Below are positions 13,675-27,789 of a stretch of 64,000 bases of DNA, in pieces. Made by a program: the position numbers and the translations under genes. Source of the stretch: Octopus vulgaris (taxonomy: Eukaryota); the NCBI GenBank assembly GCA_951406725.2, contig OX597814.1:198524001-198588000 (forward strand), given 5' to 3'. The notes beneath the pieces are model-generated. The model saw only the letters and a list, made by a program, of their open reading frames with translations. It searched no databases and was not told the origin of the DNA. Each line of letters starts with the position of its first letter. The first letter of the stretch is position 1.

Positions 13675-14206
<532 letters not shown>

Positions 14207-14627
14207 GTATATATATACATATAAAAGTGTGGTGTGTTTATAAATGTATTCTACTGTCTTTGTATTTGTCTGTATCTCTTTGTTTACTAGAGATATAGAG
14301 AGTTGGATAACTCTCGCCTGATGGTACCTATTGAGTTAAGAAACACGTGCTTACGACTGACCACTTATCCCCAGACAATAAGCCTGTACTTTCCTATAAT
14401 GGCATGTCGTCTTTGAAAATTCCCAAGTCTTGAGATTTCCTCCTCTTCTCAAGTGGAGTTGGTCTTAATTACCATTTGGTAATTATGACACTTCCTCTAG
14501 AGACGCAGATAATATTGATAAATCATGAATTTATGCTGTATGTTATGTTCCTGTATTTGTCTGTTGTTTTTATATATGCAACTCACCACTCACACACCAC
14601 ATAAACACACAACACATATACACACAC

Positions 14628-14679
<52 letters not shown>

Positions 14680-14687
14680 TTTTATAT

Positions 14688-15116
14688 CTTTCTTGTTTCA
14701 GTCATTAGACTGCTGCCATGCTGGGGCATCGCTTCGAAGAATTTTTAGTCGAATGAATTGTTTTCATTACTCATCATTTTACACCTGGTACTTATATCAA
14801 TCTCTTTTGTCGAACCGCTATACAGCGGCAACGTAAACAAACCAGCACTAGTTGCCAAATGGCGGGGGAGACAAGCACACACAAAGATACACGGTTATAT
14901 AAACTACACAAACCTACGCGCGCGCATACACACACACACACACATACATACACACATACACACACATGGCTGGCATGGCTGTGTGATAAGAAGCTTGCTT
15001 CCCAGCCATGTCGTTCTGGGTTCACTCCCACTGCGTGGTACCTTGGACTATAGCCTCGGGCCGGCCAAAACCTTGTGAGTTGATTTGGTAGAGAGAAACT
15101 GAAAGAAGCCCGTCGT
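14688..15116. mobile_element. Two SINE-B fragments (3' part on -, 5' part on +)
   Basis: Diverged matches to the family. Confidence 0.7.
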
Positions 15117-15239
15117 GTGTATGTATGTATGTATGTATGTATGTATGTTTGTATGTTATACTAATACATCTATTTGTTGTCTACACCACCTGTCTTCGAC
15201 TTTTGTTTTTTTGTGAATTCTCTCTCTCTCTCTCTCTCT

Positions 15240-15434
15240 CACCTGCGATAGGTGAAAATCCGCGAAGTAGAAACAGTACTGTACTGTATATTTTTTTATT
15301 AATTTTATAATTTCTATATATTTATTTTATTGTAAATGCAAAACAACGCCACAGAGGAATCGACGTAAGCTTAAATATTAAATCGCAATAGGTGAACCGC
15401 GATAGGTGAACCGCGATATGACGAAGGATTACTG
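15240..15434 (+). mobile_element. Tigger/pogo-like MITE, left end missing
   Basis: Homologous to 19406-19620; ends cgaaggattactg|TA. Confidence 0.75.
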
Positions 15435-15479
15435 TATAGTAATGACTAGAACATTATAATGCAGTAACGAATATAATAA

Positions 15480-15950
15480 TTCTTTCTACTAAAGGCTTGG
15501 AAGTTTTTTTTAGCGATGGGGCTATTCGGTTACTTCGACCCTAGTGCTAAACTGGTGCTTATCTGATCGACCCCGAAAGGATGAAAGGCAAAGTCGCTCT
15601 CGGCGGAATTTGAACTCACAACGTTGCGGCAGATGAAATACCGCTAAGCATTTCGCCCGGCATGCTAACGTTTCTGCCAGCTCGCCGCCTTAGACGGACG
15701 AAATACCGTTATGCATTTTGTTCTGCGTGCTAATGGTTCTGCCAGTTCGCTGTCATAGTAAGAAAATATATAATGGTTTAAAATTTTTGCACAGGATCAG
15801 CAGCTTCGTGGGAGGGGATAAGTCGACCCCAGTGTTAAACTGGTACTTATTTTATCGACTCCGAAAGGATGAAAAGGCAAAGTCGACCATGGCGTATTTT
15901 GAACCCAAAACGTAGGGACAGACAAAATACCGCTAAGCACTTTGTTCGGC
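15480..15950 (-). mobile_element. Two SINE-A copies plus a partial head duplicate
   Basis: Family match at 15480-15692, 15693-15750 and 15780-15950. Confidence 0.8.
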
Positions 15951-16144
15951 CATTTTGCTTCGATGACGGCGTGTTGCTTTTCTTTGCCCTGAAGAGAAGG
16001 GAGAAGAATAATTTTTCCTCTCTAGTTATTCTTATAGTTATCACAGAAGAATTATTAATCCCCTATAGTTATTATAAAAGAATAACTATAGAGGAAAAGT
16101 CATTCTATGAACTTGTGTAATTTGAACATGTCCGTATCTGTGTC

Positions 16145-16222
<78 letters not shown>

Positions 16223-17249
16223 GGAACGTTTGCTGGTGTACACGAAAGCACATATGTTTGTCTGCATGTGTGTATGCAATAGACGTGTGGGGATGCAAAA
16301 GAATCTGCAGTAGACATCTTCGCATTACGCACGTATACATATATGACGTTACAATCCTGTTAATTATGTGTTTTCAATGAAAGCAAGCTGGACAGTAATG
16401 AAATTATGTTCTCGATGGAGAAAATTCTGTTCTGTTCTGTTGAAGCAGCGAAATGTAGAAAAGGCGTGAAATTGTAATATTTTGCCGCCTGCTGGCTGCA
16501 AAGACTTGGTCTTTGTATGTTGTTATACCGCTGTGTATTTGTGTGAACTGTCTTGTCATCACTGAGGTACACCGTCTATTATAATGATTGTTGGTTCATT
16601 ATGTGAGGAGTTGACTATTCTAAAGGCCAAGGTGTTTACTGAGGGCTGTAAAGTTGAATGGTAGTAAACGACTATCTGTTGAGCAATTTGTGTCTTCACT
16701 GCAACGGCTTCTAAAATGGCGCTGTAGTAGCCATGAATGCTGTCGTCTGCTGTAATGGCCGCCGGTATCAATATAATGTACCGGGTGTCCATTATCAGCA
16801 ACCAGGCATATCTCTTGATGTGTAGCAGTACTCATATTATAGATTGGTTAAAGTAATTGAATTGATTCGGCCTCGATTAAAAGCGTGAGTACGCGACTTG
16901 GCATCACTGGCACGCCACGAACTTAGTTCTCTTTTATTAGGAGAAATGCATTACAATTACATTTAGAATACAAACACCAAAATGCATTACCTCAGAAAGA
17001 TTGTTTTTACCTAATGTACTAATCTTCTGTAACTAGAAATGTTACAGAAATATTTATTGTGGAGTTAGATATTTAAGGAATTCAAGGGAACAAATAAAAA
17101 TAGCAAAAATAACAAAAAAAAAAAGGTTAAGAAGCGTTACATTTTCATTTGCCATCAGGGAAAAGAAGTCTAACGTTTCGGTTTATAATCTTCATCGTAG
17201 AGTGATCTAAAAAAAGTTGGATTTGTTTCTTCGTAAGTTGTCCTTACAT

Positions 17250-17430
17250 GATACTATCTGACAGTCGGTGTTCGTTTGTTCACATCCCTTTAACTTGGAG
17301 GTTCGGCGAAAGTAAAGACCGGTAGAATAAAGACGAAACTTAAAAGCAAGTAATACATTCGATTTGATGCAGCAAACCCTTGAATGCGGTGCTCCAGCAT
17401 GGCCGCATTCAAGTGACTATGCAAACAGGT
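17250..17430 (+). mobile_element. Old SINE-B 3' part
   Basis: ggttcggcgaaag..tagaataag..gcggtgctccagcatggccgc. Confidence 0.7.
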
Positions 17431-18172
17431 GGTAACTTAGTCTATCTGATAGAGGAAAGGTTCCACCTAGAGTCAGTCAGTACCACTTTAAGGCATAGGT
17501 ATGCTGGACAGCTGCTTGGGGCTGTTTTTTTTATTTAGGGGCCCGAATGCTAATTTATGAACGCCGTGGTTGTGTATGTAGAGACACCAGTATATTATTT
17601 TGCTTGTGAGAGTGAAACAAAATATTGGGGCTCACCATGCACAATACTGTTACGACGGTTCTGGGGTCAATTAAGAAGCTCCACCAATCGAGGATCACTC
17701 TACATCGAAGATCACTTTGCACTCTCACCCGAATGGTCTTGATATTATTCGTTCATTATTACAAATGCAAAAAGAAAGCAAAACAATAAACAAGCCATGA
17801 TAAACATAAACAAATATTTATTTAGAGTCTTGCATGGACATTTGCACACTTTCCATATGCGTATCGTACATTTTATATTGCATTTAAATGATGACGTAAT
17901 TTTAAAAAAATAACGGTAGCCATAACATACAACATTTACGAATCATAATTAGATTTTTCAATAAATTAGTCATTAGAATTCTTTTGAGGAATACTTGACT
18001 ATGTCGAGTGAGCAGAATACAAGCACCAGACAGGCTACAATGTCACATACAAATTAGAATTATTGAAAACTGTCATTTGTGAAACTAAAAGCCTCTTCCG
18101 ACTACAGCTGTTTAATTGACACGCAGGGAATAAACGTTTTTGAAGAATTCGAAACTAATAAAATTCCATTAC

Positions 18173-18230
<58 letters not shown>

Positions 18231-18899
18231 GCTGTTGTTGTTGTTGTGTCATAAAACATGGACCAAACATCTGCCAATTAAAGCATTAAACATAGAGATA
18301 AAATTCGAGAAGATATTTTCATTCGAAGAAACAGTGTGCTTGGAATACTAAGCAGAAATACTGAAGTGTTTGAATATAATTCGAGCAGAAAAGAGATACA
18401 TTGCTGGTTCCATCATCCGCAGAGACACTCAAAATATCACGATGCCAGTAAATGAAGTGGAGGCAATGAGAGAATCCAAGGCCGACGCCAGGGTATTCAA
18501 AATTCTCGATTACTCCAGCAATGTGTACCAATTTCTCTTAGTTGTACAATGTACGCTCTTTCACTAATTTTATCCTTTAATTTCCTCCAGAAGATATCCT
18601 CTTTTAAACCTACTGAAAATGCACCCCCAAAGTTATAAACTGTCGTAGCTTTAGCAAGTAAGTATATAATGAATCAATTTTTAGTGCATTATCGAATACA
18701 CTAGACATTTGACATGTTTCATTCAAATTCTTCAATGAAATAGAATTTTGGTGGAGAGCAGGAGAAGACGCTGGCCATACGGTGCAGTTATTAACCGTTA
18801 AGCTTCGATTTTCAAGCTGTCGCCTGTTAGCCTCTACGAAGTAGTTTGCTTGTCACAGTTCAGTTTGTGCATTCAGCATTCATTTTTCTTTTTTCACAT

Positions 18900-19060
18900 A
18901 CATATACTCGCAGGCATGAATGTGCAGTTAAGAAGTTCGCCTTTGTAACCACGTGGTTTCCGGTTGAGTCTTATGGTGCCGCATCTTGGGCAAATGTGTT
19001 CTACTGTAGATCTTGGTCGATTAATAGTTTTTTCAGTAAATTTTGCAGACGGAAAAATGT
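18900..19060 (+). mobile_element. Old SINE-B 5' part
   Basis: aaccacgtggtttc..cttgggcaaatgtgttctactgtag. Confidence 0.6.
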
Positions 19061-19302
19061 CTGGACGCATCGCGCGCGTGTAGCGATATACACATGTATG
19101 GATGGATGGATGTATATATGTTTTTGTTTTTATGCTTTCGTTTCTCATTGTCTTCAACGTTTTTTTTGATGTCCTGTACCCATATATGCATGTATATATA
19201 CATATAGATATAGGTATGTACATATATGTATATATGCATATATTTATATATTATTTATATTATTATATGATCGAACGCCACGCATCCTTTTCCAAGTAAG
19301 TT

Positions 19303-19383
<81 letters not shown>

Positions 19384-19405
19384 AATACACATACACACAT
19401 AAATA

Positions 19406-19617
19406 CAGTAATCTCTCAACTATCGCGGGTGTTACGTTCCAACACCGTCCCCTACCACGATAGGTGAAAATCCATGAAGTAGAAACAGTACTGTACTGTA
19501 TATTTTCTTTTATTATTTTTATGATTTGTATATATATATTTTATTATAAATGCAAGACAACACCACGGAGGAATCGACGTAACCGCGATAAGTAAACCGC
19601 GATATACCGAGCGATTA

Positions 19618-19620
<3 letters not shown>
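19406..19620. mobile_element. Tigger/pogo-like MITE, complete
   Basis: TA|cagtaatctctc ... gagcgattactg|TA: terminal inverted repeats and TA duplication. Confidence 0.8.
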
Positions 19621-19658
<38 letters not shown>

Positions 19659-19894
19659 CCATTATGTTAAACTGTTGTATGTCCAAATTTGGCCAAATGC
19701 ATTTTTATCCAATATTTATTTCTGCTTGCAATAGCCAGTTCTTTTGGTCAAACTGTCGTATCTCCAGATACTTTAGATGCCAAGATATCAAAGAAAATTT
19801 CGAAGTGTAGTACAACGGTTGGAATGGTGAAACTGTTGTTTCACGTTCTGAAAAAGCAACGTGTTGGATTTACGATACTTTTGCATAATAGCGA

Positions 19895-19931
<37 letters not shown>

Positions 19932-19935
<4 letters not shown>

Positions 19936-20043
19936 CTGCTCGCTTAGCCAGCGGGGTGGCGTCATTCGAAGGCTAAAACAATGCGAAGCGCATTGTGACC
20001 AGCGATGTGTAACTATATCTGATGGACTGGTCGGTCACGTGAT

Positions 20044-20050
<7 letters not shown>
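19932..20050 (+). mobile_element. Headless 119-bp SINE-C2 tail module in (TA)n
   Basis: tggcctgctcgcttagcc...ggtcacgtgatcacgtga; same boundaries as 43371-43488. Confidence 0.85.
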
Positions 20051-20074
<24 letters not shown>

Positions 20075-20099
20075 AGACCTATTATCAAGGTGTCGTGTA

Positions 20100-20290
20100 G
20101 GGGATGATAGATAGCTGGCCACTATACATTCTTTATTTTCTCTTCCTGTTTCTTTCTGTGCTCCTTTCTGTGGAAGAGCGTAGGCTCGAAACGTTAAAGA
20201 ATTTTTTCACATCCCGAGCGTTATACTAATACATCAGTTTGTTGTCTACACCACCTGTCTTCGTCTTTTGTTTTTTTGTGAATTCTCCCC
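20100..20290 (+). mobile_element. Family P1 Penelope-like terminal fragment
   Basis: cttt CTGTGGA a gagc gtag gctc GAAACGTT aaag at 20164-20199. Confidence 0.65.
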
Positions 20291-20329
20291 CCCCCTCTCG
20301 CTCTCTCTCTCTATATATATATATGTATG

Positions 20330-20540
20330 TGTTCGTGTTTGTCATCCCCTGCACAACACGTTAATTATAGGTCTTGGTACCTTTACATCTCCGTAACTTA
20401 GCGGTTAGGCAAAGCGTATTGTAGAAAAAGTAGCGGTCTTTAAAAAAAAGTACCGGAATTGGTTTGTTTGACCGAAACCCTTTAAGGCGGTGCCTGCTCC
20501 AGCATGGCCGCAGTCCAATGCCCGAAACAAAATATAAATG
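20330..20540 (+). mobile_element. SINE-B 3' part
   Basis: cgtaacttagcggtt..taaggcggtgc..ctccagcatggccgcagtc. Confidence 0.7.
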
Positions 20541-21241
20541 CCATAAAGAGAGACAAATACATCCATCTTCTCCAAATATCAAATTTCCGCTCTGAGTGTT
20601 TTAACTTGAGTCCTGGCCTTCGGTTATGATGTTCCATCTTACAGTTCTGTCCAATTATTTTAAATGAAAAACACTTTGCCAGTAATGAAATTCGAGATTA
20701 TTCTCTAAAAGGGTTGCGACGAAACATCAATCATTTTCTTTTTAGCTCTACCTATTCTGTCGATCCACTTACTGTTTACGATTCGCCATCTTTTTTTTTC
20801 CCTAATTCACTCCGTCTTTAACCAACCGCCTTCACTTTATGAATCCACATCTTTTTACCAACTACCACCTATTGTCGATCAATCATGTCAATTAATCATG
20901 TATTTTTAAATAGATGTAATTTCCGTTTCGATGCAGGAACCATACTTTTCAAGAACTCGAAAAGAGCGTTAAATTAAGAACCGAAACTCTCATAGAACAG
21001 CTGCTGCTAATGTGTATTATTAAACACCGTTGTTGTGAAAAGCTTGTTTATTGAACATACTTTCCATAAAGTGTTTTGAGAGCTATGGTCTCGATACTTA
21101 CATGTTTCAAATGGCTAATCACAAGTAGGCTAAAATTGCAATGGTAATAGCGTTACGGAAGCATTTACGAAGCTGTTGTGAAGCAAATATAATAAATGTC
21201 ATCACTAGAATTCATCTATTCATCGGTTTACTCAGCCTTTA

Positions 21242-21709
21242 CTCTTTTACTCTTTTACTCTTTTACTTGTTTCAGTCATGTGACTATAGCCATGCTGGAG
21301 CACCGCCTTTAGTCGAGCAGATCGACCCCAGGACTTATTCTTTGTAAGCCTAGTACTTATTCTATCGGTCTCTTTTGCCGAACCACTAAGTTACGGGGAT
21401 GTAAACATACCAGCATCGGTTGTCAAGCGATGTTGGGGGGGACAAACATAGACACACAAACATATACACACTCATACATATATATACATATATACGACGG
21501 GCTTCTTTCAGTTTCCGTCTATCAAATCAACTCACAAGGCTTTGGTCGACCCGAGGCTTTAGTAGAAGTCACTTGCCCAAAGTGCCATGCAGTGGGACCG
21601 AACCCGGAACCATGTGGTTGGTAAGCAAGCTACTTACCACACAGCCTTTTTGCTGATATAAATAACCGAAAGATGCACTTCCCTCCCGCATACTTACATA
21701 TGTTTGTGT

Positions 21710-21763
<54 letters not shown>

Positions 21764-21948
21764 TGTATGTATATAGTATGTGTGTATATATTGGAGTGGC
21801 TGTGTGGTAAGAAGCTTGCTTACAGACCACATGGTTCCGGGTTCAGTACTACTGCGTGGCACCTTGCGCAAGTGTCTTCTACTTAAGCCTCGGACCGACC
21901 AAAGTTTTATAAGTGGATTTGGTAGATGGACACTGAAGGAAGCCCGTC

Positions 21949-22002
<54 letters not shown>

Positions 22003-22225
22003 TGTATGTATGTGTGTATTTGTGTCTTTGTGTTTGTCCTCTCACCATTATTTGACAAGCGATGTCGGTGTGCTTACGTCTCCGTAACTTAGCGGCTCGG
22101 CAAAAGACACCGATAGAATAAATACAAGGCTTACAAAGAATAAATCCTGGGGTCGATTTGTTCGACTAAAGGCGGTTCTCCACCATGGCTGCAGTGAAAT
22201 GACTGAAACAAGTGAAAAAATAAAG

Positions 22226-22228
<3 letters not shown>
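21242..22228. mobile_element. Two full SINE-B copies head to head (21242-21646 on -, 21793-22228 on +)
   Basis: Both match the family along their whole length. Confidence 0.9.
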
Positions 22229-22275
<47 letters not shown>

Positions 22276-22278
<3 letters not shown>

Positions 22279-23415
22279 GGTCCCGGGTTGATTCGGGGTT
22301 AACCACAGTAAGTAAGGTACTCAATACATGGCAGAGTAAAATTAATTTATTATATAGAAGGAGCTTCTACAGGACTAGTACTGTTTCATTCAAGAGAAAT
22401 CTTCAGGAAGCTATTTAACAAGAATTGTATTAGCATTTATACATTTAGGCAGGTTTAAAGGAGTGGTGGTGGGGGACTTTTTGGGGGTAGGCATAGCGCA
22501 AAATATCATACTTGGGGGAGTGGTCAAGGAGTCAGTGGTAAGTTAGATGAAAGAATAGATAAATAAAAAAATAAAAAAATAAAAAAATAAAAAAATAAAA
22601 AAAAATAAAAAAATAAAAAAATATAAAAAAATAAAAAATAAAAAATAAAGAATAAAAAAATAAAATAAAATAAAAAAATATAAAATAAAAAAATAAAAAA
22701 TATAAAAAATATATATAAAAAAATATATATATAAAAAATATATATATACAAAAATATATATATAAAAAAGGGGGGATAGAGTTATAGGTAAATAAGGAGA
22801 TTCTCACTTATACCTATACACACATGTATACGTATCTACACACACATACATACATACACATATATATACACACACATATACATATATACATATATATACA
22901 TACATATACATACCTACACATACACACATACATACATACAAATATACATATACATATATATATATACAATCCAATACAGGCCCATTCCCTAATTTTAATT
23001 TTATTATCTTCATTTATTACTTTTGTTATCTTTGATCGCTAGGGCTAAGAATCCTGGCAATGGCTGCAGTCCATTTGTCTGTCTACTAGAAGGCAAGTAC
23101 TCATTCCCGCACGCACACTCATTAGCACGTACATTCACCCATTCGTACACTCATACACATACACGTACGCACGCGTTATATTCATACATACAAACATCTA
23201 CATACGTTCACGTATATACACATACGTACTCGTACCTACAGATTCATGTCTACACTTTAGGAGGCTAGACTATACATATACACCAATAAATATACATATA
23301 TATATATATATATATATACCCGCATATACATACACACACACACATATATACTCCTACATACAGATACATACCTATGTATATATATATATATATATATATA
23401 CATATACATGCATAC

Positions 23416-23446
<31 letters not shown>

Positions 23447-24425
23447 CATACACATACACACATACATATACACACACATACATACACATATATATACACA
23501 TACACAAACATATATACACACATATATATATATACATACACACATACACACATGAATCTGTAGGTACGAGTACGTATGTGTATATACGTGAACGTATGTA
23601 GATGTTTGTATGTATGAATATAACGCGTGCGTACGTGTATGTGTATGAGTGTACGAATGGGTGAATGTACGTGCTAATGAGTGTGCGTGCGGGAATGAGT
23701 ACTTACCTTCTAGTAGACAGACAAATGGACTGCAGCCATTGCCAGGATTCTTAGCCCTAGCGATCAAAGATAACAAAAGTAATAAATGAAGATAATAAAA
23801 TTAAAATTAGGGAATGGGCCTGTATTGGATTGTATATATATATATGTATATGTATATTTGTATGTATGTATGTGTGTATGTGTAGGTATGTATATGTATG
23901 TATATATATGTATATATGTATATGTGTGTGTATATATATGTGTATGTATGTATGTGTGTGTAGATACGTATACATGTGTGTATAGGTATAAGTGAGAATC
24001 TCCTTATTTACCTATAACTCTATCCCCCCTTTTTTTATATATATATTTTTGTATATATATATTTTTTATATATATATTTTTTTATATATATTTTTTATAT
24101 TTTTTATTTTTTTTATTTTATATTTTTTTATTTTATTTTATTTTTTTATTTTTTATTTTTTATTTTTTATTTTTTATATTTTTTTATTTTTTTATTTTAT
24201 TTTTTTATTTATCTATTCTTTCATCTAACTTACCACTGACTCCTTGACCACTCCCCCAAGTATGATATTTTGCGCTATGCCTACCCCCCAAAAAGTCCCC
24301 CACCACCACTCCTTTAAACCTGCCTAAATGTATAAATGCTAATACAATTCTTGTTAAATAGCTTCCTGAAGATTTCTCTTGAATGAAACAGTACTAGTCC
24401 TGTAGAAGCTCCTTCTATATAATAA

Positions 24426-24427
<2 letters not shown>
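22276..24427. mobile_element. Large fold-back Penelope-like element: ~0.9-kb inverted arms (22345-23249 and 23550-24427), 300-bp spacer
   Basis: Arms are reverse complements (mirrored ORFs in the track); (TA)n flanks; hammerhead near each outer end. Confidence 0.85.
24360..24410 (+). ncRNA. Type I hammerhead ribozyme motif (mirror copy 22362-22412 on -)
   Basis: agcttc CTGAAGA t ttc tctt gaa t GAA acag tactagtc ctgt A gaagct: 6-bp stem I, 4-bp stem III, GUA triplet, weak stem II. Confidence 0.75.
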
Positions 24428-24460
<33 letters not shown>

Positions 24461-24463
24461 AAC

Positions 24464-24494
<31 letters not shown>

Positions 24495-24503
24495 CGTATA
24501 TGA

Positions 24504-24570
<67 letters not shown>

Positions 24571-24629
24571 TATATATATATATGTATATGATATATATAT
24601 ATGTATATGATTTGTATATGATGTGTATG

Positions 24630-25040
24630 TGTTTGTATGTCTGTGTTTGTCCCCCTAGCATTGCTTGACAACCGATGCTGGTGTGTTTACGCCCCCGTCA
24701 CTTAGCGGTTCGGCAAAAGAGACAAAGAATAAGTCCCGGGGTCGATTTGCTTGACTAAAGGCGGTGCTCCAGCATGGCCGCAGTCAAATGACTGAAACAA
24801 GTAAAAAAAAAAAACTACACATGTATACGTATCTATCAATCAATGAATTGATCTATCTCTCTCCTTCCCTGTCCCTCTCTCTCTCTCTGTATATATAGCG
24901 GTTCGGCAAAAGAGACCGATAGAATAAGTACTGGGCTTACAAAGAATAAGTCCCGGGGTTGATTTGCTCGACTAAAGGCGGTGCTCCAGCATGGCCGCAG
25001 TCAATGACTGAAACAAGTAAAAGAGTAAAAGAGTAAGAGT
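24630..25040 (+). mobile_element. Two SINE-B 3' parts
   Basis: Tail matches at 24630-24805 and 24896-25040. Confidence 0.85.
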
Positions 25041-25535
25041 ATATATATATATATATAGAAAGAGAGAGAGAGAGAGAGAGAGAGAGCGGTAGGTATAGAA
25101 AAATAGAGAGGGAGATACGAGGGCTTTCGCACAGTCCTCGTCTATGAAATTCCATTTCACAGACCACTGTAGATTCCAATGATATAGTTGAAAACCTTTG
25201 TGAAATGTGCTGTGTAGTGGAATCGAACGGGACGAAACAATCCGAAACTGATCCTCTTATGCACAGATTTACATTGCACCTACAAAGCAGCCACCAGATG
25301 GTCTAATATACATCATATTGCATAGGGAGGCAGACCAATCAAAAACAATGCGTACCGAGCTAAAATGGAAACCTAGATTAAGTGTGTCATCAACTAAACG
25401 GCTAATCCCCCAAATAAAAGATTAGCTCATTAGCTGAATAAAGAGTTACAAGGTGAAACAAGTAGGAAAGTACATAAACATAAGCAAAACTATGTATGGG
25501 TATTTGTTTATACGTAGATGCACAGTTATTTGTAC

Positions 25536-25604
<69 letters not shown>

Positions 25605-25607
<3 letters not shown>

Positions 25608-25737
25608 TTTTCTTTCCTTTTTACGATCCCTTTTGATCGAAAACCTACCCCGCCTTTTTATCTCTCCCAAAAGAAAAGCTCTACTTTGTAATTTGTCCCG
25701 TCTGTGTTCAGCCCTGTGTGGCTAATAAAGAAACATA
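25605..25737 (+). mobile_element. Tx1-like LINE 3' end in (TATC)n
   Basis: Matches 3800-3936 and 4800-4955. Confidence 0.82.
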
Positions 25738-25759
25738 TCTATCTATCTCTCTATTTATG

Positions 25760-25844
<85 letters not shown>

Positions 25845-25925
25845 ATTTATCTATCTGTCTGTCTATCTGTCTGTCTATCTGTCTTTCTATTTATTCATCT
25901 GTCTGTCTGTCTGTCTATCTGTCTG

Positions 25926-25988
<63 letters not shown>

Positions 25989-26094
25989 GTCTCTCTATAT
26001 ATACAGATATATACAACCCCCTCCCACACATATATATAAGCGTGCGTGCGTGTGTGTGTATGTGTGTGTGAGTTTAAATACACATATATACATG

Positions 26095-26156
<62 letters not shown>

Positions 26157-26229
26157 AATATATAGTTTCGCTTATCGGATTGACTTTGCAGTGACCCGTA
26201 TTGATTACTGAGAGCAAATCAATAATTCT

Positions 26230-26291
<62 letters not shown>

Positions 26292-27789
26292 CAGACACAC
26301 ACATTGTAGTGATCTCCGTCATTTGACCATGAGTAACCAGGTGGTCGATCAACTGAATTACTTAATCCTGCATTAACCTGTAAGTAGCTGAGTATATCAC
26401 AGACACGTGTACACTAATCCTGATACTCAGGCTGAGGCAGCGTGACATTCGGTATCACAAGTCTATGAATTGAACTGCAAGTGTTATCCACCCGATGGGA
26501 TTCTATTCAGTTTCCTATCTACTTAGTTTCACTCGCAAGATAAGCGTCGGCCAGATACTAAAGAAAACGACGTTTACGCAAGGTGCCACACTGTGGAATC
26601 GAACCCGGGACATCGAAGTAGTAAAGCGAACTTCTTAACTATCAGTACACACATACGCACGCACATACACACACGCATAGACACACGCACACAAATGCAC
26701 ACACAAATATACAAACACACATACATACACACACAAATACACACACATACAAACAGACACACACACACACACAAACATACATACACGCACACACACAGAC
26801 ACAGACACACACACACACACCCTCACAGAGGCCCATATATGTATGTGCATATAAATGCATATTTCTTCAAATATACCTGTAGAATAAATCTCCATATGCT
26901 TGCATGTATGTAAGCATATGGATATGAAAATAAACAGATCAACATACAGATGGATAGGTACATAGGTTATATGTACAGACATACGTAAATGGAGACTGAA
27001 ACACATGACCATACATATATACACACACTTTAATCCACACAAGGACACATATGGAAACACGTGTCCACATATATAGAGATGCACATCCATACAGACAAAC
27101 ATATTACATAGTTGCATAACACCACACATACACACACATACATAAAAATACATAAAAAATACACAAACACGGACATGCAAGCACATGAATATGCAGAATA
27201 CATACATACATACAGATGCACACACATACATACATACATACATATGCATACACGCACATGTATATATACACATATGCATGCATACATACATACGTACATA
27301 TATACATACACACAAACATGCATACGTACATACACACATACATACGTACATGCATGCATGCATAGGCACACACGCACACACACACACTGACCCACACACA
27401 TGCGCACAAACAAACAAAAAGGAACGCGGTGTAAATAACGGACAGAGTCAAGACTATTGAAAAGGTTGCAAGACGCAACGAAAATTTTAGGAAAATAAAA
27501 ATAAGAAATAAGGGGGAAATTTTACCGCTGAGTGTGTTACAAAAGGCACAAAAAGAAAATTACTCTCCCCAGACACAACAAAATAGTTGAACATTAAAAC
27601 TAAAGTGTCACTCAGCACATATTAGCAGAGAATCAGATTCTTCAAGAACGATGAAATAGCCAATTATAAATTCAAAGTTTTTAGTTTCGTCGATTTTCAC
27701 AATCGCCAATAATGTGTCTTCACATATGTTTAGGTGGAAAAGTTTCTCTTTGGACTATTTCTGCAGCGAGAAGACTCATCACGACCGAA

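Noticed and set aside
14315-14352. CTGATGG...GAAACACGTG hammerhead-like string
   Set aside because: Stems I and II do not form
16559-16835. Short ORFs in unique sequence
   Set aside because: No recognisable domain or clear exon boundaries
17168-17202. Decayed hammerhead-like motif on - (a similar one lies at 56645-56672)
   Set aside because: Core mutated; at most old PLE remnants, too weak to call
17483-17640. Possible hAT-like end (ttaaggcatagg...gggccc)
   Set aside because: No matching second terminus or TSD found
18280-18567. Near-open + frame (IKALNIEIKF...FKILDYSS)
   Set aside because: Internal stop and no recognisable motif; may be a decayed TE but unsupported
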